Origin: a virus
Taxonomy: Duplodnaviria; Heunggongvirae; Uroviricota; Caudoviricetes; Crassvirales
Strand: one strand, 5' to 3'
DNA: 37,740 nt
IMG/VR virus record: IMGVR_UViG_3300020045_007777
Location: 1-37,740 of that record
Positions 28,801 to 37,018 of the stretch are shown here, piece after piece; position 1 is the stretch's first letter, and each line of letters starts with the position of its first letter. The position numbers and the translations under genes are program-made. Under the pieces are notes generated by a model, which saw only the letters and a list, made by a program, of their open reading frames with translations, did no database searches and was not told the origin of the DNA.

Positions 28801-30282
28801 ATAATTAAATGCTGTAACAAATGTATCTAATTGAGTAATTACTGTATCAGCAGTAACTTCCCTATGTTTACCATTATCAGTTAAAAAATAATTTAATGAA
28901 TTATTATCTAATGGAAATCCCAATTCTGTAATTAATTCAGAAAATAATTGAATATTACTATTTAATAATTGAGAACGTTTTATTAAATGATCTGAAGCAG
29001 GTTGTCCAGATTTTTTAACAATATCATTAATATTTTTTAATTGTATTAATAAACCTTTAGTATCTTTATCATTTCTATTTAATAATAAATATTTATTTCT
29101 AAATTTATTATATGTATCTAAATCAAATGTTCTTTTTTTAGTTTTAGTGTCATAAGTTGTAAATACACCTCGAAAATTTAAACCAGCATCTGTAAGTAAT
29201 TTAGATTTTTTAGAAGATGATTCAGCAGCATTAATCAAACTATATTTATAATTTTTAGTATCTACTTCAAGAGTATCTTGAATGTATTTACCATTATTAA
29301 AAAATGCTTGAACAAATTGAGTTTGTAAATTTAAACTTGATGTTTCTAATGCTTCAACTAAAGCTTGAATATAAGGTTTTTGTATAGCCATTTTATTCAA
29401 ACGTTCCAACATTATATTATAAGGATCTGTAATACCAGATTTAGATGTTGAATTTAATTTAGGTATATCAGCAAGTTCTCTTTGAACATCATTCCATACT
29501 TGACTAAATGGTAATAATTTATAACCTGTAAAAAATTCAGCTTCAGAATTTGTATCAGGTAATAAAGACATCATTAATTTAACAGATGCAGTTGCATTAT
29601 CTTTACTATTTCTTTCAATAGCACTTTGTCCTACAACAGCTCCATTATCTTCTAAATTTTCTTGATAAGATTGATCTTCTTCATCTAATGATTCATTATA
29701 AGAAACATTAATACTGTTTAAAAAATCAACTACATCAAGATAAAAATCATTTTGAAATTGAGATAATACTTCCATATCTTCTGCAAGACTTGGATTTTCT
29801 TTAACTTGATCTTTAAAAAATTCAGAAATTTCTCTTTTAAGATTAAATGAAATATTATCTATATCTGTAATATCTTCATCTTTAGCTCTATATTTATTTA
29901 AAACATAATAAGCTATTTTAGATTTAGCTTCTTCACGAAGTTTAGGTAAGTCTTGTGCAAGACCTTCATATAATTCTAAACCTTCAAATCTTCTATTATT
30001 AATAAAGTATTTTTCATTATTTAAATCTAAGACATAGAAATTTTCCCCATCTTTATATAAGTTAGGTTCACCAAATTCATTTACTCTTGTTCCAAATAAT
30101 TCTTTATCTTCATTAATCCAATCACCAAAAATACTTTTGAATGAATCACTAAAGAATAATTTTACTTTAGAGTCTAAAAAATTAGAAGACTCCTGAGAAT
30201 CTTCTAATTTATAATAATCTCTTAAAATATTTGATAACGCTAATTCATTTTGAGTCTTAGGGTTAATGTATGTACATGCCAT
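22849..30282 (-). CDS. Virion-packaged single-polypeptide RNA polymerase (phi14:2 gp66-like)
   Basis: TGSDFDIDK catalytic motif (DFDID at 26017-26031), GYRIPNQ, DAQAYIT, KPLKG, GFVDIAKDP; giant size and crAss-like gene order. Confidence 0.92.
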   Translation of the reverse strand: MACTYINPKTQNELALSNILRDYYKLEDSQESSNFLDSKVKLFFSDSFKSIFGDWINEDKELFGTRVNEFGEPNLYKDGENFYVLDLNNEKYFINNRRFEGLELYEGLAQDLPKLREEAKSKIAYYVLNKYRAKDEDITDIDNISFNLKREISEFFKDQVKENPSLAEDMEVLSQFQNDFYLDVVDFLNSINVSYNESLDEEDQSYQENLEDNGAVVGQSAIERNSKDNATASVKLMMSLLPDTNSEAEFFTGYKLLPFSQVWNDVQRELADIPKLNSTSKSGITDPYNIMLERLNKMAIQKPYIQALVEALETSSLNLQTQFVQAFFNNGKYIQDTLEVDTKNYKYSLINAAESSSKKSKLLTDAGLNFRGVFTTYDTKTKKRTFDLDTYNKFRNKYLLLNRNDKDTKGLLIQLKNINDIVKKSGQPASDHLIKRSQLLNSNIQLFSELITELGFPLDNNSLNYFLTDNGKHREVTADTVITQLDTFVTAFNYIDKFLIPNINADDTIKVKTATDKLFDKNEKYLNIYKGEKNQITSQKIIGDVAEAIAFFNQDMSEDMFFSGDKQMWAYSQASHIYDVVNILNNDAKEVQHRLKQPFNKNSHYLKLFNDNIVDGKITKPVIKIHRTNSMMEKDEASSSKDNVNTPKTDAINREIYEALLGKKASSNSIFPTAVPADKPTTLKMEIGDFINTYGYEDANEIIQLSDETIDIFLGYFEDEILTALEAKKFISDNTDINGNVDISKMTQYKHVSADGYVFDILDSSNESIFKSDAYKDRKHIRNNSAEINELVDNNPGFRKVYLGGVFKNYMTPSLSPENLIKRPDVFKNFYSEDFTPISVSELTTEQKNTLRPILNKLLSDQIKENRNAAIRTNIFRENFTRNTFDLELYNIYSADVDLNNATVADRKAVMTEIISDYTINSTIAQIEFSKIFNGSINNHKNAVDYFKRVPKTYIDGKGLRLGVTENDHKFNITVLQDMETASPYLKDMGEVGKRFYSGDKINQADAQAYITPERWKFLLERLGQFGKAERNVYDKIIRMENGENIEFSSKELKVLSTKPLKGVYYSNINNQPTYLKYSQTVLLKSLVKGSPLEGLLNKMRSQDISEAIMNSGVKVGAKLTENNNTLDILNNESVTLNSIPLDNRYWKLQQDLPNKGFKKTLLGSQIQKNIFDNFNFQGIYKFNDKTYKGEDVYENIHQALGELSNRGIAKVIKKFQIGSDYTINNWSNFAKEIAEQLRQEKVNDNIIKAVEKELTPYIIPQSKDKVISTILSIINKAAVKLKTNGGSLIQMSNFGLDQNLAENTGITWLIDKQQLAEPRRIKQEDGTDLVLPGQVFISGNIIGQYIPDWRNYSLDQLFGEDRQGGMLPKEILQMIGYRIPNQAMSSNDALQIVGILPDTYIDTIVPYTGITTKTGSDFDIDKMFIILPSLKTRYTGNLKLLNQFYRGKSINETTAMLGDLLDEFEVPNNMSEEEIIKMMFSDDNSMSLETMQSFRESVINNIFKDKDLSKKFKELHKDNIKVEKVEYVPYDESKSIQEQSTEAINNRLFEMYHSILTQPSNYDNLITPIDHVHVKNYITKELFPISNKLKDYQAFSSLYQIDMKYEFIAGKFGIGQVANQLVDSITNQIAQEQLDYYIGWGNKKKNDKGRDVTVFDMKSDKGFYDESGTYKISDTITALLNGFVDIAKDPYITRGNWNTQTTNTGAMLIRAGVHPYKVLSFLAQPALAEMVEITAEREGILSKQGSSSTVSEELKTKYLTELRKALVKNGVVKTDQHWNDFLKDLKDPTRKELNISTTSFSTNKITNRSAENLKSNITTPIQDRTAQFYLDQYLALVEYDALKPTVKEFTKSVASSKYGEKGVGKSLIENIIQTNKTSDVYYKGLIQNFNKKFYNSDVISNGYTSLGTNHKNTEVFLNSLVDANPKIFITANNYFKDIMNDMVSEIHKNKKYLDDVDLGRILEQSFYTMITSESSLFKMSDDTVQRGDRQIPKEFFYLFTKSNEITPVTLSDLIESTRQSLREENRNNFFLESLEIKEDNNFSFIGIDGLRLKPNDFTDKLIEGWRALEIEYPSLSEDLVKYAYQQSGFRYNANQIYQFIPHEVFVKNNMNNYITKVANEINQGNINPDIIKDNIYRHNWNNSKLVPFVNIKNMAINNQSAPALYVKDESVVGFRMSFDSNRHSAKNKIGNTDILTFPKFVNYNNNLYKLEGYYSKEVVVKGENKIVFDPVYYKTHKLGYKSDKGQLHEYTLYNELSESNVRENNLTQVEKEYIDFVSSKLSLIDYNDVELEQTYFPAVETFGPKILNSNTESVTLEQNDELENSVDEINYNQIDAQNIRNQMINGPYYINTIDNNNEINTKITEENINEVFNLSDNQELVTKSNDKYYIASIPESNHIITLDNIEFEYESIKDLINDFSSDIIDGKFLKDFGEQANNEAIEYLKQYGIDLTPKPFVDPNQLSLWEDEDNNCATPF

Positions 30283-30294
30283 ATTTTTATTGTT

Positions 30295-33200
30295 TTAACA
30301 TCCTGTTTTACTAAATCCATCTGGTTTAGGTGGAATATTATTCTTTTTACTAAATCTACCACCTTTAGAACCTGGAGGTAAAGATACATTATCATTTTGA
30401 TTATTCAAAGTTTCTGTTACATTATTTTGTAATGGAGTTGAATTATTTACTTCATTTATATATTTAAAACCATCTTCATTAAATTCTTTATATATAATAT
30501 TATTATTAATATCTTTTGAATAATTTTTTGTATCTAGTAATGTTTTATTTTTAATTTCACTATTTGTATTTTGATCAAAATCTATTTCAATTCTAGAAAA
30601 TTCAACTGTTTTATCATTTAAGTTATTAATAATTTTAATTTCAAAATCAGATCCATCAAAAGAATAAGTTTTTGATTCAAAATTAGTTTCAATTACAGGT
30701 TGATTTTTAACTTTAACATCTTCTTTAGATTTATTCAAACCTTCAATCTCTGCATCATATTTAGCATTGATTTTTTTTCTAACTTGATTAGCTTGAAATA
30801 TTTCAGAAGTCCCTTCTTTAATATTATTATAATAATCAAAAAAATTAGGTCTTTGTTTAGTAAATAAATTATTATTATCAGGATTATAACTATTAAATTC
30901 ATTTAATTCTTCTTCTCTTCTTTTATTTATTTCATCTATTTGAGATTTATTAGAATTATTTTCAATTATAGGTTGTGATTTAACACCATCAATTTGAGAA
31001 TTAATATAAACATTAATATCACCTTTAAAAGGTTCATTAGTATCTAAGTTAACATTTATAACTTTTTCATTAATTAAATAATCTTTATAAAAAGCTTTAT
31101 TAATATTTTTATTAACTCCTGCTAAATAATCTAATTTAACATTTTGTCTTTTTTGTGAAGTAATAAAATCTATAAAAGCATCTTTAAAATCACTACTTGA
31201 TTTTTCAAAATTAATAAATGAATCTGTACCAAATGTAATACCACCACCTTTATATTTAACTGTATAAGGTTTAGCTGAACCATCTAATGCCATACTATCA
31301 TGTATAAATAATGTCATAAAATCAGCAACTGTTATATTATTTTTATTTCTAAAAAGATTAATTTCTTTTTCAAAAAACTTTTCAATAGCAGATTGCAATG
31401 AAGCATTATCTTTATACAAGTCAGTTAATTTAGCATTGTTTTGATTTAATCTAACAGTTTTACCTTTATTTAATTCATATAATGTTCTATAAACTTCATA
31501 AACTAAATTTGCTTGAGTTAAACTTAATTTTCTAACATTCATTTTAACTGGAACATCTACACCATTATGAGCTTTTATAATTGTATATACATAACCTTTT
31601 TGCTCTGATGTTAAATTAGAAGGAAATCTATCTGTACCATCATTACCATTTTCATCATATACATTACCTTGTTCATCACGTACAAAAAATAATGGAACTG
31701 CAGACGCTTTATTATTAAACTGTTGAATATTAGAAATATTATTTTCAACTAAATCATTACCTAATGGATTACCTTGTTCATCAAATACAGTATTTGGAGC
31801 AATATAATTTAATTCTCCACCTTTTTGATAATCAACTGTTGTACTTAATCCATTATATTTTTCAATACCATTACCAGAATTATTTAAAATAGCTTCAACT
31901 ATATTTTTTCTAGCAATATATCTTTCACTATTTTCATCTACAACTTCTGTAAGACTTGCAATGAATGTAAAATTATTATTAGGAAGATTTACTTGCAATG
32001 GTAATTTTCTATATAAAAAATCTCTATTACTAAAATCTCCAGAATTTAACATTCTAATAGCTTCTGATGTATCAGGATTATAACCTGATGGATCTGGTGG
32101 ACTAAATGTAACTTTAGTACCTTTTTTATCTTTAAAATCTTTTAACCAATTATAAAATTTTTCTGATAAATAACTAAATTGTTTACCAACTCTATCAATT
32201 CCCATTAAACTAATAGTAGGGAATTTTTTATTAGCTAAATTTTCAGATTCTTCAGTAGATGTTTCTAAAACATTATCACCTTGTTTTTGTTCAGTATGAA
32301 CTTCATCAGATGTTTCAAAATCTAAAGGTTTAACTACATTATCTAAAACTACATTAGAATTTAAAATATTATCAATGTAATTAACCATTGCATCTATATT
32401 ATCAAAATTCTTAGCATCAGAAAAATCTGAAGTATTCATTGATAATATTCCTAAAAAATTACTAAATGTATATGTAACTCCAGCAATTTCAATAGGTTGT
32501 AAATTTCTAACAGCTTCAAGTTTAGAAGTATTATTAGTTTCTTTTTCTATATCAATTGCAGCATTACCAACAGCAATAGCATCATTTTCTTCTTGAACTA
32601 AAACTTCAATTTTATCTTGAGCTTTTTGTTTAATAATTTCTTTAGTATCTGAATCAATACTTTCTAATGGATTTGCTGTTACTTCAGTTTTAGTAGGTTT
32701 TGGATCATTAGCATTTTCATTAGTATCTTCTAATTCAATTTTATCTACTTTTTCTCCATTAGCTAACTTAGTAATTTCTTCTTTATCATTAGATTTATTT
32801 ATTTTATCTAATGTTTCATTAACAACTTCAATATTTTCATTAGATTCTTTTTTTTCAGTTTTTCTTCTATCTTTAATAAATTTATCAACAGCTTTTTGCT
32901 GTTCTTTTTTATTCCAAACTAAAGTTTCATTAGATTTTAAAGTTTCTATTTTTTCATTTAATTCACCTTGTTTAGCAAGTAAACTTTCTAATCTAATATC
33001 AGTAGAAGCTAATTCATTTCTTAATCTAACATTATCATCTAAATTATCATTATAACCTTTATCAGATAATACACGTTGTATATCTTTATTAATTAAATTT
33101 AAATTTTCATTAGCTTGAAATTCTTGAGATTTATTAACTAATAAAGTATTATTTAAAAATGAATGAAAATCATTAACATCATTTTGAGTAGATTGATTAT

Positions 33201-34938
33201 TTTTTAAATTTAAAATAGGTTTAGAAAAATTAAGATATTCATTTTGAATTGATTGTAATTTTTCAGCTTTAGTAATAACTCTTTGTTTAGCATCTGCAGG
33301 CATATCTTTATTTTCTTTAAGATATTCCTTTAATATATCAATACCAACTTCATTATTAGTTATAAATGGCATAATTAAATTGTCTTCAGCCATAGTTTGA
33401 AGAACTTGTAAAGCTTCACTATTACCTAATGATTGTGCATAATCAAATATTTCACTAAATTGATCAGCATTCTTAGCTTTATTAACTAATTCATTTCTTT
33501 TAACAGGATCTATTACTTTTTTACCATTAACTAATTCATAAGCATTTTCACCAGTAACTGAATCTATTTCTTCAGTTCTTTTATAAATATCTGGATTTAA
33601 AGTAGTTGCTAAATAAATATCATTAGCTTCTTTACCTAAAGATAATAATCTATTAGTTTCAGCTCTATCTTTAGGAGATTGTTTAGCATTTTGATATGAT
33701 TGCATACCACCACCTAATAAACCACCTAAAGCAATAGCTTTTTGACCATCTGTAGAAGTTAACATATCTAAATAACCATCTGCAAATTCTCTTGCATTAA
33801 TATTGTTTAAATAATTACTAGTTAATGTACCAGATTCTGCACCTTTTTTAAAATATTCTTCAGTAGTACTTTGTAATCCTTCTTCAAAAAATCCTTCTCT
33901 ACCAAGAGCTTTACTAAATTCTTTACCTACATTACCTAATTTATTTAATATAGTAGGTGAAGCTACTTCAGATAATAATTCACCTGAAGCACTTCTTACA
34001 CCTGCAGCTGTTGCAGTTCTACTACCAAGTCCATATAATAATTTTGTATTAATTAAATTGGGACCTGCAAGTATAGCTAAGTTTGTAACAAAAATATCTC
34101 TACCTAAAGTAGCTTTTTGTTGTAACATAGCTTCATATTGAGTTTCATTTATTTCACCATTTTCAAGTTTTAAATTTAAATCTTTTTCAAAACTATCCAT
34201 AGCACTACCAGCTTCAGCAGCTGATTCAAACATTGTATTAGCAGTTGTTATAGCAAATGTATCAATTGCTTGAGGAGTAATACCTAAAGCTTTTTGAGCA
34301 TTAGAAACTCTATTGGACATAGAAGCAAATTTAGTTACTTTACTTCCAAGATTAAAACTTTTCATTAAAGCACCTGGTGCAAACATAGATGCTATAAAAC
34401 CAACACCATCAGCTCCTTCAGTTGCCCAGAAATCTACAGATAATAAATTATCCATTAAATTTCCTTCACTAACAGCTTTTTTTACATATACTGGTAAAAC
34501 TTCTTGATTAAGTTGTTCACCATATTCATTAATAGTTTTAGTCCATGCATTGTTAACAAAAGTATCCCAACCTTGACCTTCTTCAGCAAAAGGTGCAGTA
34601 AGAGCTCCTACTACAATACCTGGCATTTTTGCTATTTCAACACCAGCTTTAGCAATAGCTCTACTTACACCTGAAGCTGCTTTAGAACCCCAAGATTGTG
34701 TATTTGCTCTAACTTCATCTAAACCTTGTCCAGCTAATATTTCAGTTGGATTTTCATAACCTGTTAAATAATCTCTATTAGTTAAATCTAATTTACCAGT
34801 TCTTTTTTCACCTTGAGAAAATATATTATCATTTTCAAAAGGTAAATCAGAGTCTAAATTAGTTTTAAGTGCTTGTAAATTTTTATTAGGAACAGGAATT
34901 GATGGTTCAGATTGTTTTAATATATTTAATCCTCTCAT
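30295..34938 (-). CDS. Large virion/ejected protein (1547 aa)
   Basis: Directly upstream of the vRNAP gene; Gly/Ala-rich hydrophobic N-terminal region, coiled-coil and acidic middle; its only Cys is the last residue. Confidence 0.8.
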   Translation of the reverse strand: MRGLNILKQSEPSIPVPNKNLQALKTNLDSDLPFENDNIFSQGEKRTGKLDLTNRDYLTGYENPTEILAGQGLDEVRANTQSWGSKAASGVSRAIAKAGVEIAKMPGIVVGALTAPFAEEGQGWDTFVNNAWTKTINEYGEQLNQEVLPVYVKKAVSEGNLMDNLLSVDFWATEGADGVGFIASMFAPGALMKSFNLGSKVTKFASMSNRVSNAQKALGITPQAIDTFAITTANTMFESAAEAGSAMDSFEKDLNLKLENGEINETQYEAMLQQKATLGRDIFVTNLAILAGPNLINTKLLYGLGSRTATAAGVRSASGELLSEVASPTILNKLGNVGKEFSKALGREGFFEEGLQSTTEEYFKKGAESGTLTSNYLNNINAREFADGYLDMLTSTDGQKAIALGGLLGGGMQSYQNAKQSPKDRAETNRLLSLGKEANDIYLATTLNPDIYKRTEEIDSVTGENAYELVNGKKVIDPVKRNELVNKAKNADQFSEIFDYAQSLGNSEALQVLQTMAEDNLIMPFITNNEVGIDILKEYLKENKDMPADAKQRVITKAEKLQSIQNEYLNFSKPILNLKNNQSTQNDVNDFHSFLNNTLLVNKSQEFQANENLNLINKDIQRVLSDKGYNDNLDDNVRLRNELASTDIRLESLLAKQGELNEKIETLKSNETLVWNKKEQQKAVDKFIKDRRKTEKKESNENIEVVNETLDKINKSNDKEEITKLANGEKVDKIELEDTNENANDPKPTKTEVTANPLESIDSDTKEIIKQKAQDKIEVLVQEENDAIAVGNAAIDIEKETNNTSKLEAVRNLQPIEIAGVTYTFSNFLGILSMNTSDFSDAKNFDNIDAMVNYIDNILNSNVVLDNVVKPLDFETSDEVHTEQKQGDNVLETSTEESENLANKKFPTISLMGIDRVGKQFSYLSEKFYNWLKDFKDKKGTKVTFSPPDPSGYNPDTSEAIRMLNSGDFSNRDFLYRKLPLQVNLPNNNFTFIASLTEVVDENSERYIARKNIVEAILNNSGNGIEKYNGLSTTVDYQKGGELNYIAPNTVFDEQGNPLGNDLVENNISNIQQFNNKASAVPLFFVRDEQGNVYDENGNDGTDRFPSNLTSEQKGYVYTIIKAHNGVDVPVKMNVRKLSLTQANLVYEVYRTLYELNKGKTVRLNQNNAKLTDLYKDNASLQSAIEKFFEKEINLFRNKNNITVADFMTLFIHDSMALDGSAKPYTVKYKGGGITFGTDSFINFEKSSSDFKDAFIDFITSQKRQNVKLDYLAGVNKNINKAFYKDYLINEKVINVNLDTNEPFKGDINVYINSQIDGVKSQPIIENNSNKSQIDEINKRREEELNEFNSYNPDNNNLFTKQRPNFFDYYNNIKEGTSEIFQANQVRKKINAKYDAEIEGLNKSKEDVKVKNQPVIETNFESKTYSFDGSDFEIKIINNLNDKTVEFSRIEIDFDQNTNSEIKNKTLLDTKNYSKDINNNIIYKEFNEDGFKYINEVNNSTPLQNNVTETLNNQNDNVSLPPGSKGGRFSKKNNIPPKPDGFSKTGC

Positions 34939-34939
34939 A

Positions 34940-37018
34940 TTATTCTAAGTATATACTTCTATTACCATTTTGTTTTAAGAATGTTTGAACCATTCTTTCT
35001 AATTCATCATCGGGTGTTGAATTAGTTAAACCATATCTTTTTAATTCTTTTTGTAATTGTTTTTGAACAAAAGGATTCATTTGTTTAAAATCTGTAGTAG
35101 GTGTTATTAAATCAACCCATTTAGATGAATTAAGCTGTTCATTCATATTAGATTTAATAGCATTATTATTCATTTCTAAAGCTAAATCATATCCTTCTTT
35201 TCTACCAGTAGTTGGATTAACTTTACCTTTATCACTTAAATAAGTTTGAATATAACCATTAACATTTTTAAGTACATCACCAGAAGATTTATTAAATGAT
35301 AATCTTAATCTTACTGGTTTACCATCACCTAAATCATCATCACCCATTTTTAAACCATCCATATTATATGTTTGACCTTCTTTAGTTGTAAATTCAACTA
35401 CATATTCAGGTTTACCAGAATGACCATCAGGTATAATAGAAACAATTCTAGTATTACCACGTTCTGTATTTGCAAATAATTTAGTTATTTCTAATCTATC
35501 GTTATTAGTGAGTTTATCAATTCTTTTACCATTTACATCAACCCCTTCAATATTAGTAAGATTTGATAAATTCATTGGATTAGCTTTCATAGCATCTTCA
35601 AATGTAGCATTCATTAAATTAATAGATGTATTATCTTTAGAAGTAATAGGTACTAATTGATATCCATTATATTTAACATTATTTTCTTTACTAGCTTTAT
35701 TCTGCATTGATCTAATTTCATTTTCAACAGAATTATTTTTCTTGATATATTGTTGATATTTTGAAACATCTGCAGGATTCATAGGTTTATTATTAAGATA
35801 AAATCTTTTTTCAGTAGTTCCCATACCACCAGCATCAACAACTTCATCAACTTCTTCAACTTTAGATGGATCAAATTTAATTCCTAATTTAGTTTTAATA
35901 TTTTCTCTATCATTTTTAAGTTTTCTAAATCTAGGATTTGTTTCTAATGTTTTATTAACTTCTTGTTGAAATGTTTTTAATTGTGTTAATTTAACATTTT
36001 CTGCAGGAGTTAAATTAGGTTTATTAGATAATGTTTCTAATGCAGATTGATTATCACCATAACTACTTGTTGCATAAGCAGATGGATTAAATACTTCTGT
36101 ATTAGTTAAAAGATCCATACTTGTATTTTCATCTTCTTTACCTTCATTAGGATTTTTATATCCATGCATAGAATAATCAGTAGTTCTATTATCAGTTACT
36201 TTAGTATCTAACATAGAATTTATACCATATACAACTTGATTTTTAACAGATGATGGATCAGTACCTTCAAATGCAATTGAATTAGACCATTCTGGAGCAT
36301 TTATTTGTTCATTAAGTAATGATAATGCATTTTGTAAATTAGGTTTATTAGATGTTTCAATTCTTCTACCTTTACTATCAGCCATAACCATACTACCATC
36401 AGATTGAGGCATTAATTTATATCCACTAGCTTTCATTTCATTAACTACTTGTTCACCTAACAAATCTTTAGCTTGTTTAAGTTTTTCCATAGTTTCAATT
36501 TTTTTAGGTGCACCATAATTACCTATATTAGTAATTGAATTATCATCTGGATTATAACCTGTATATGAATTAGCATGTTTATTTTGCCAATTAGCTAATG
36601 CAATTTCTCTAGACCAACCTTTAGTTTTAGTTGCATCATCGAGATATTCTTTCATATTATCATAATAAACTTTCTTAGCAGCATTTATTTGACCAACTCT
36701 ACCAGTAGGTGATAATAAATTATCATATTCTCGTTTAGTTTTTAAAAATTGAGATCTACTATTTTGATTTAAACCATATTTAGCCAGTTCAGAAGCTTGT
36801 GAATCTAAATTAGCTTCAAACTCTTGTTTCAATCTCATAGCTTCATCTTTATGTTGAGGTAATGGATCTACTTGAAATGTTTTAGCTAATAAAGCTCTTT
36901 CTTCATCAAGTTTATTATGTTGTTGTTGCTTATACATTGGTACCATCATTATTTCTTCCAATGACATTGGATCAAATTGAGCTGATGATAATTGAGTATA
37001 TCTGTTTACCGTACTCAT
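34940..37018 (-). CDS. Putative internal virion/cargo protein (692 aa)
   Basis: Cys-free, helical N-terminus (FDPMSLEEIMMVP), position in the crAss-like ejected-protein block. Confidence 0.65.
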   Translation of the reverse strand: MSTVNRYTQLSSAQFDPMSLEEIMMVPMYKQQQHNKLDEERALLAKTFQVDPLPQHKDEAMRLKQEFEANLDSQASELAKYGLNQNSRSQFLKTKREYDNLLSPTGRVGQINAAKKVYYDNMKEYLDDATKTKGWSREIALANWQNKHANSYTGYNPDDNSITNIGNYGAPKKIETMEKLKQAKDLLGEQVVNEMKASGYKLMPQSDGSMVMADSKGRRIETSNKPNLQNALSLLNEQINAPEWSNSIAFEGTDPSSVKNQVVYGINSMLDTKVTDNRTTDYSMHGYKNPNEGKEDENTSMDLLTNTEVFNPSAYATSSYGDNQSALETLSNKPNLTPAENVKLTQLKTFQQEVNKTLETNPRFRKLKNDRENIKTKLGIKFDPSKVEEVDEVVDAGGMGTTEKRFYLNNKPMNPADVSKYQQYIKKNNSVENEIRSMQNKASKENNVKYNGYQLVPITSKDNTSINLMNATFEDAMKANPMNLSNLTNIEGVDVNGKRIDKLTNNDRLEITKLFANTERGNTRIVSIIPDGHSGKPEYVVEFTTKEGQTYNMDGLKMGDDDLGDGKPVRLRLSFNKSSGDVLKNVNGYIQTYLSDKGKVNPTTGRKEGYDLALEMNNNAIKSNMNEQLNSSKWVDLITPTTDFKQMNPFVQKQLQKELKRYGLTNSTPDDELERMVQTFLKQNGNRSIYLE

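Noticed and set aside
22513-34507. ORFs 22513-22743 (-), 22734-22922 (+) and 34313-34507 (+)
   Set aside because: Nested in or antisense to the giant virion genes; no independent start context or motifs.
18692-34938. Inteins or self-splicing introns in the RNAP block
   Set aside because: No Cys/Ser...His-Asn splice junctions or LAGLIDADG motifs seen, no internal Cys, and reading frames are continuous.
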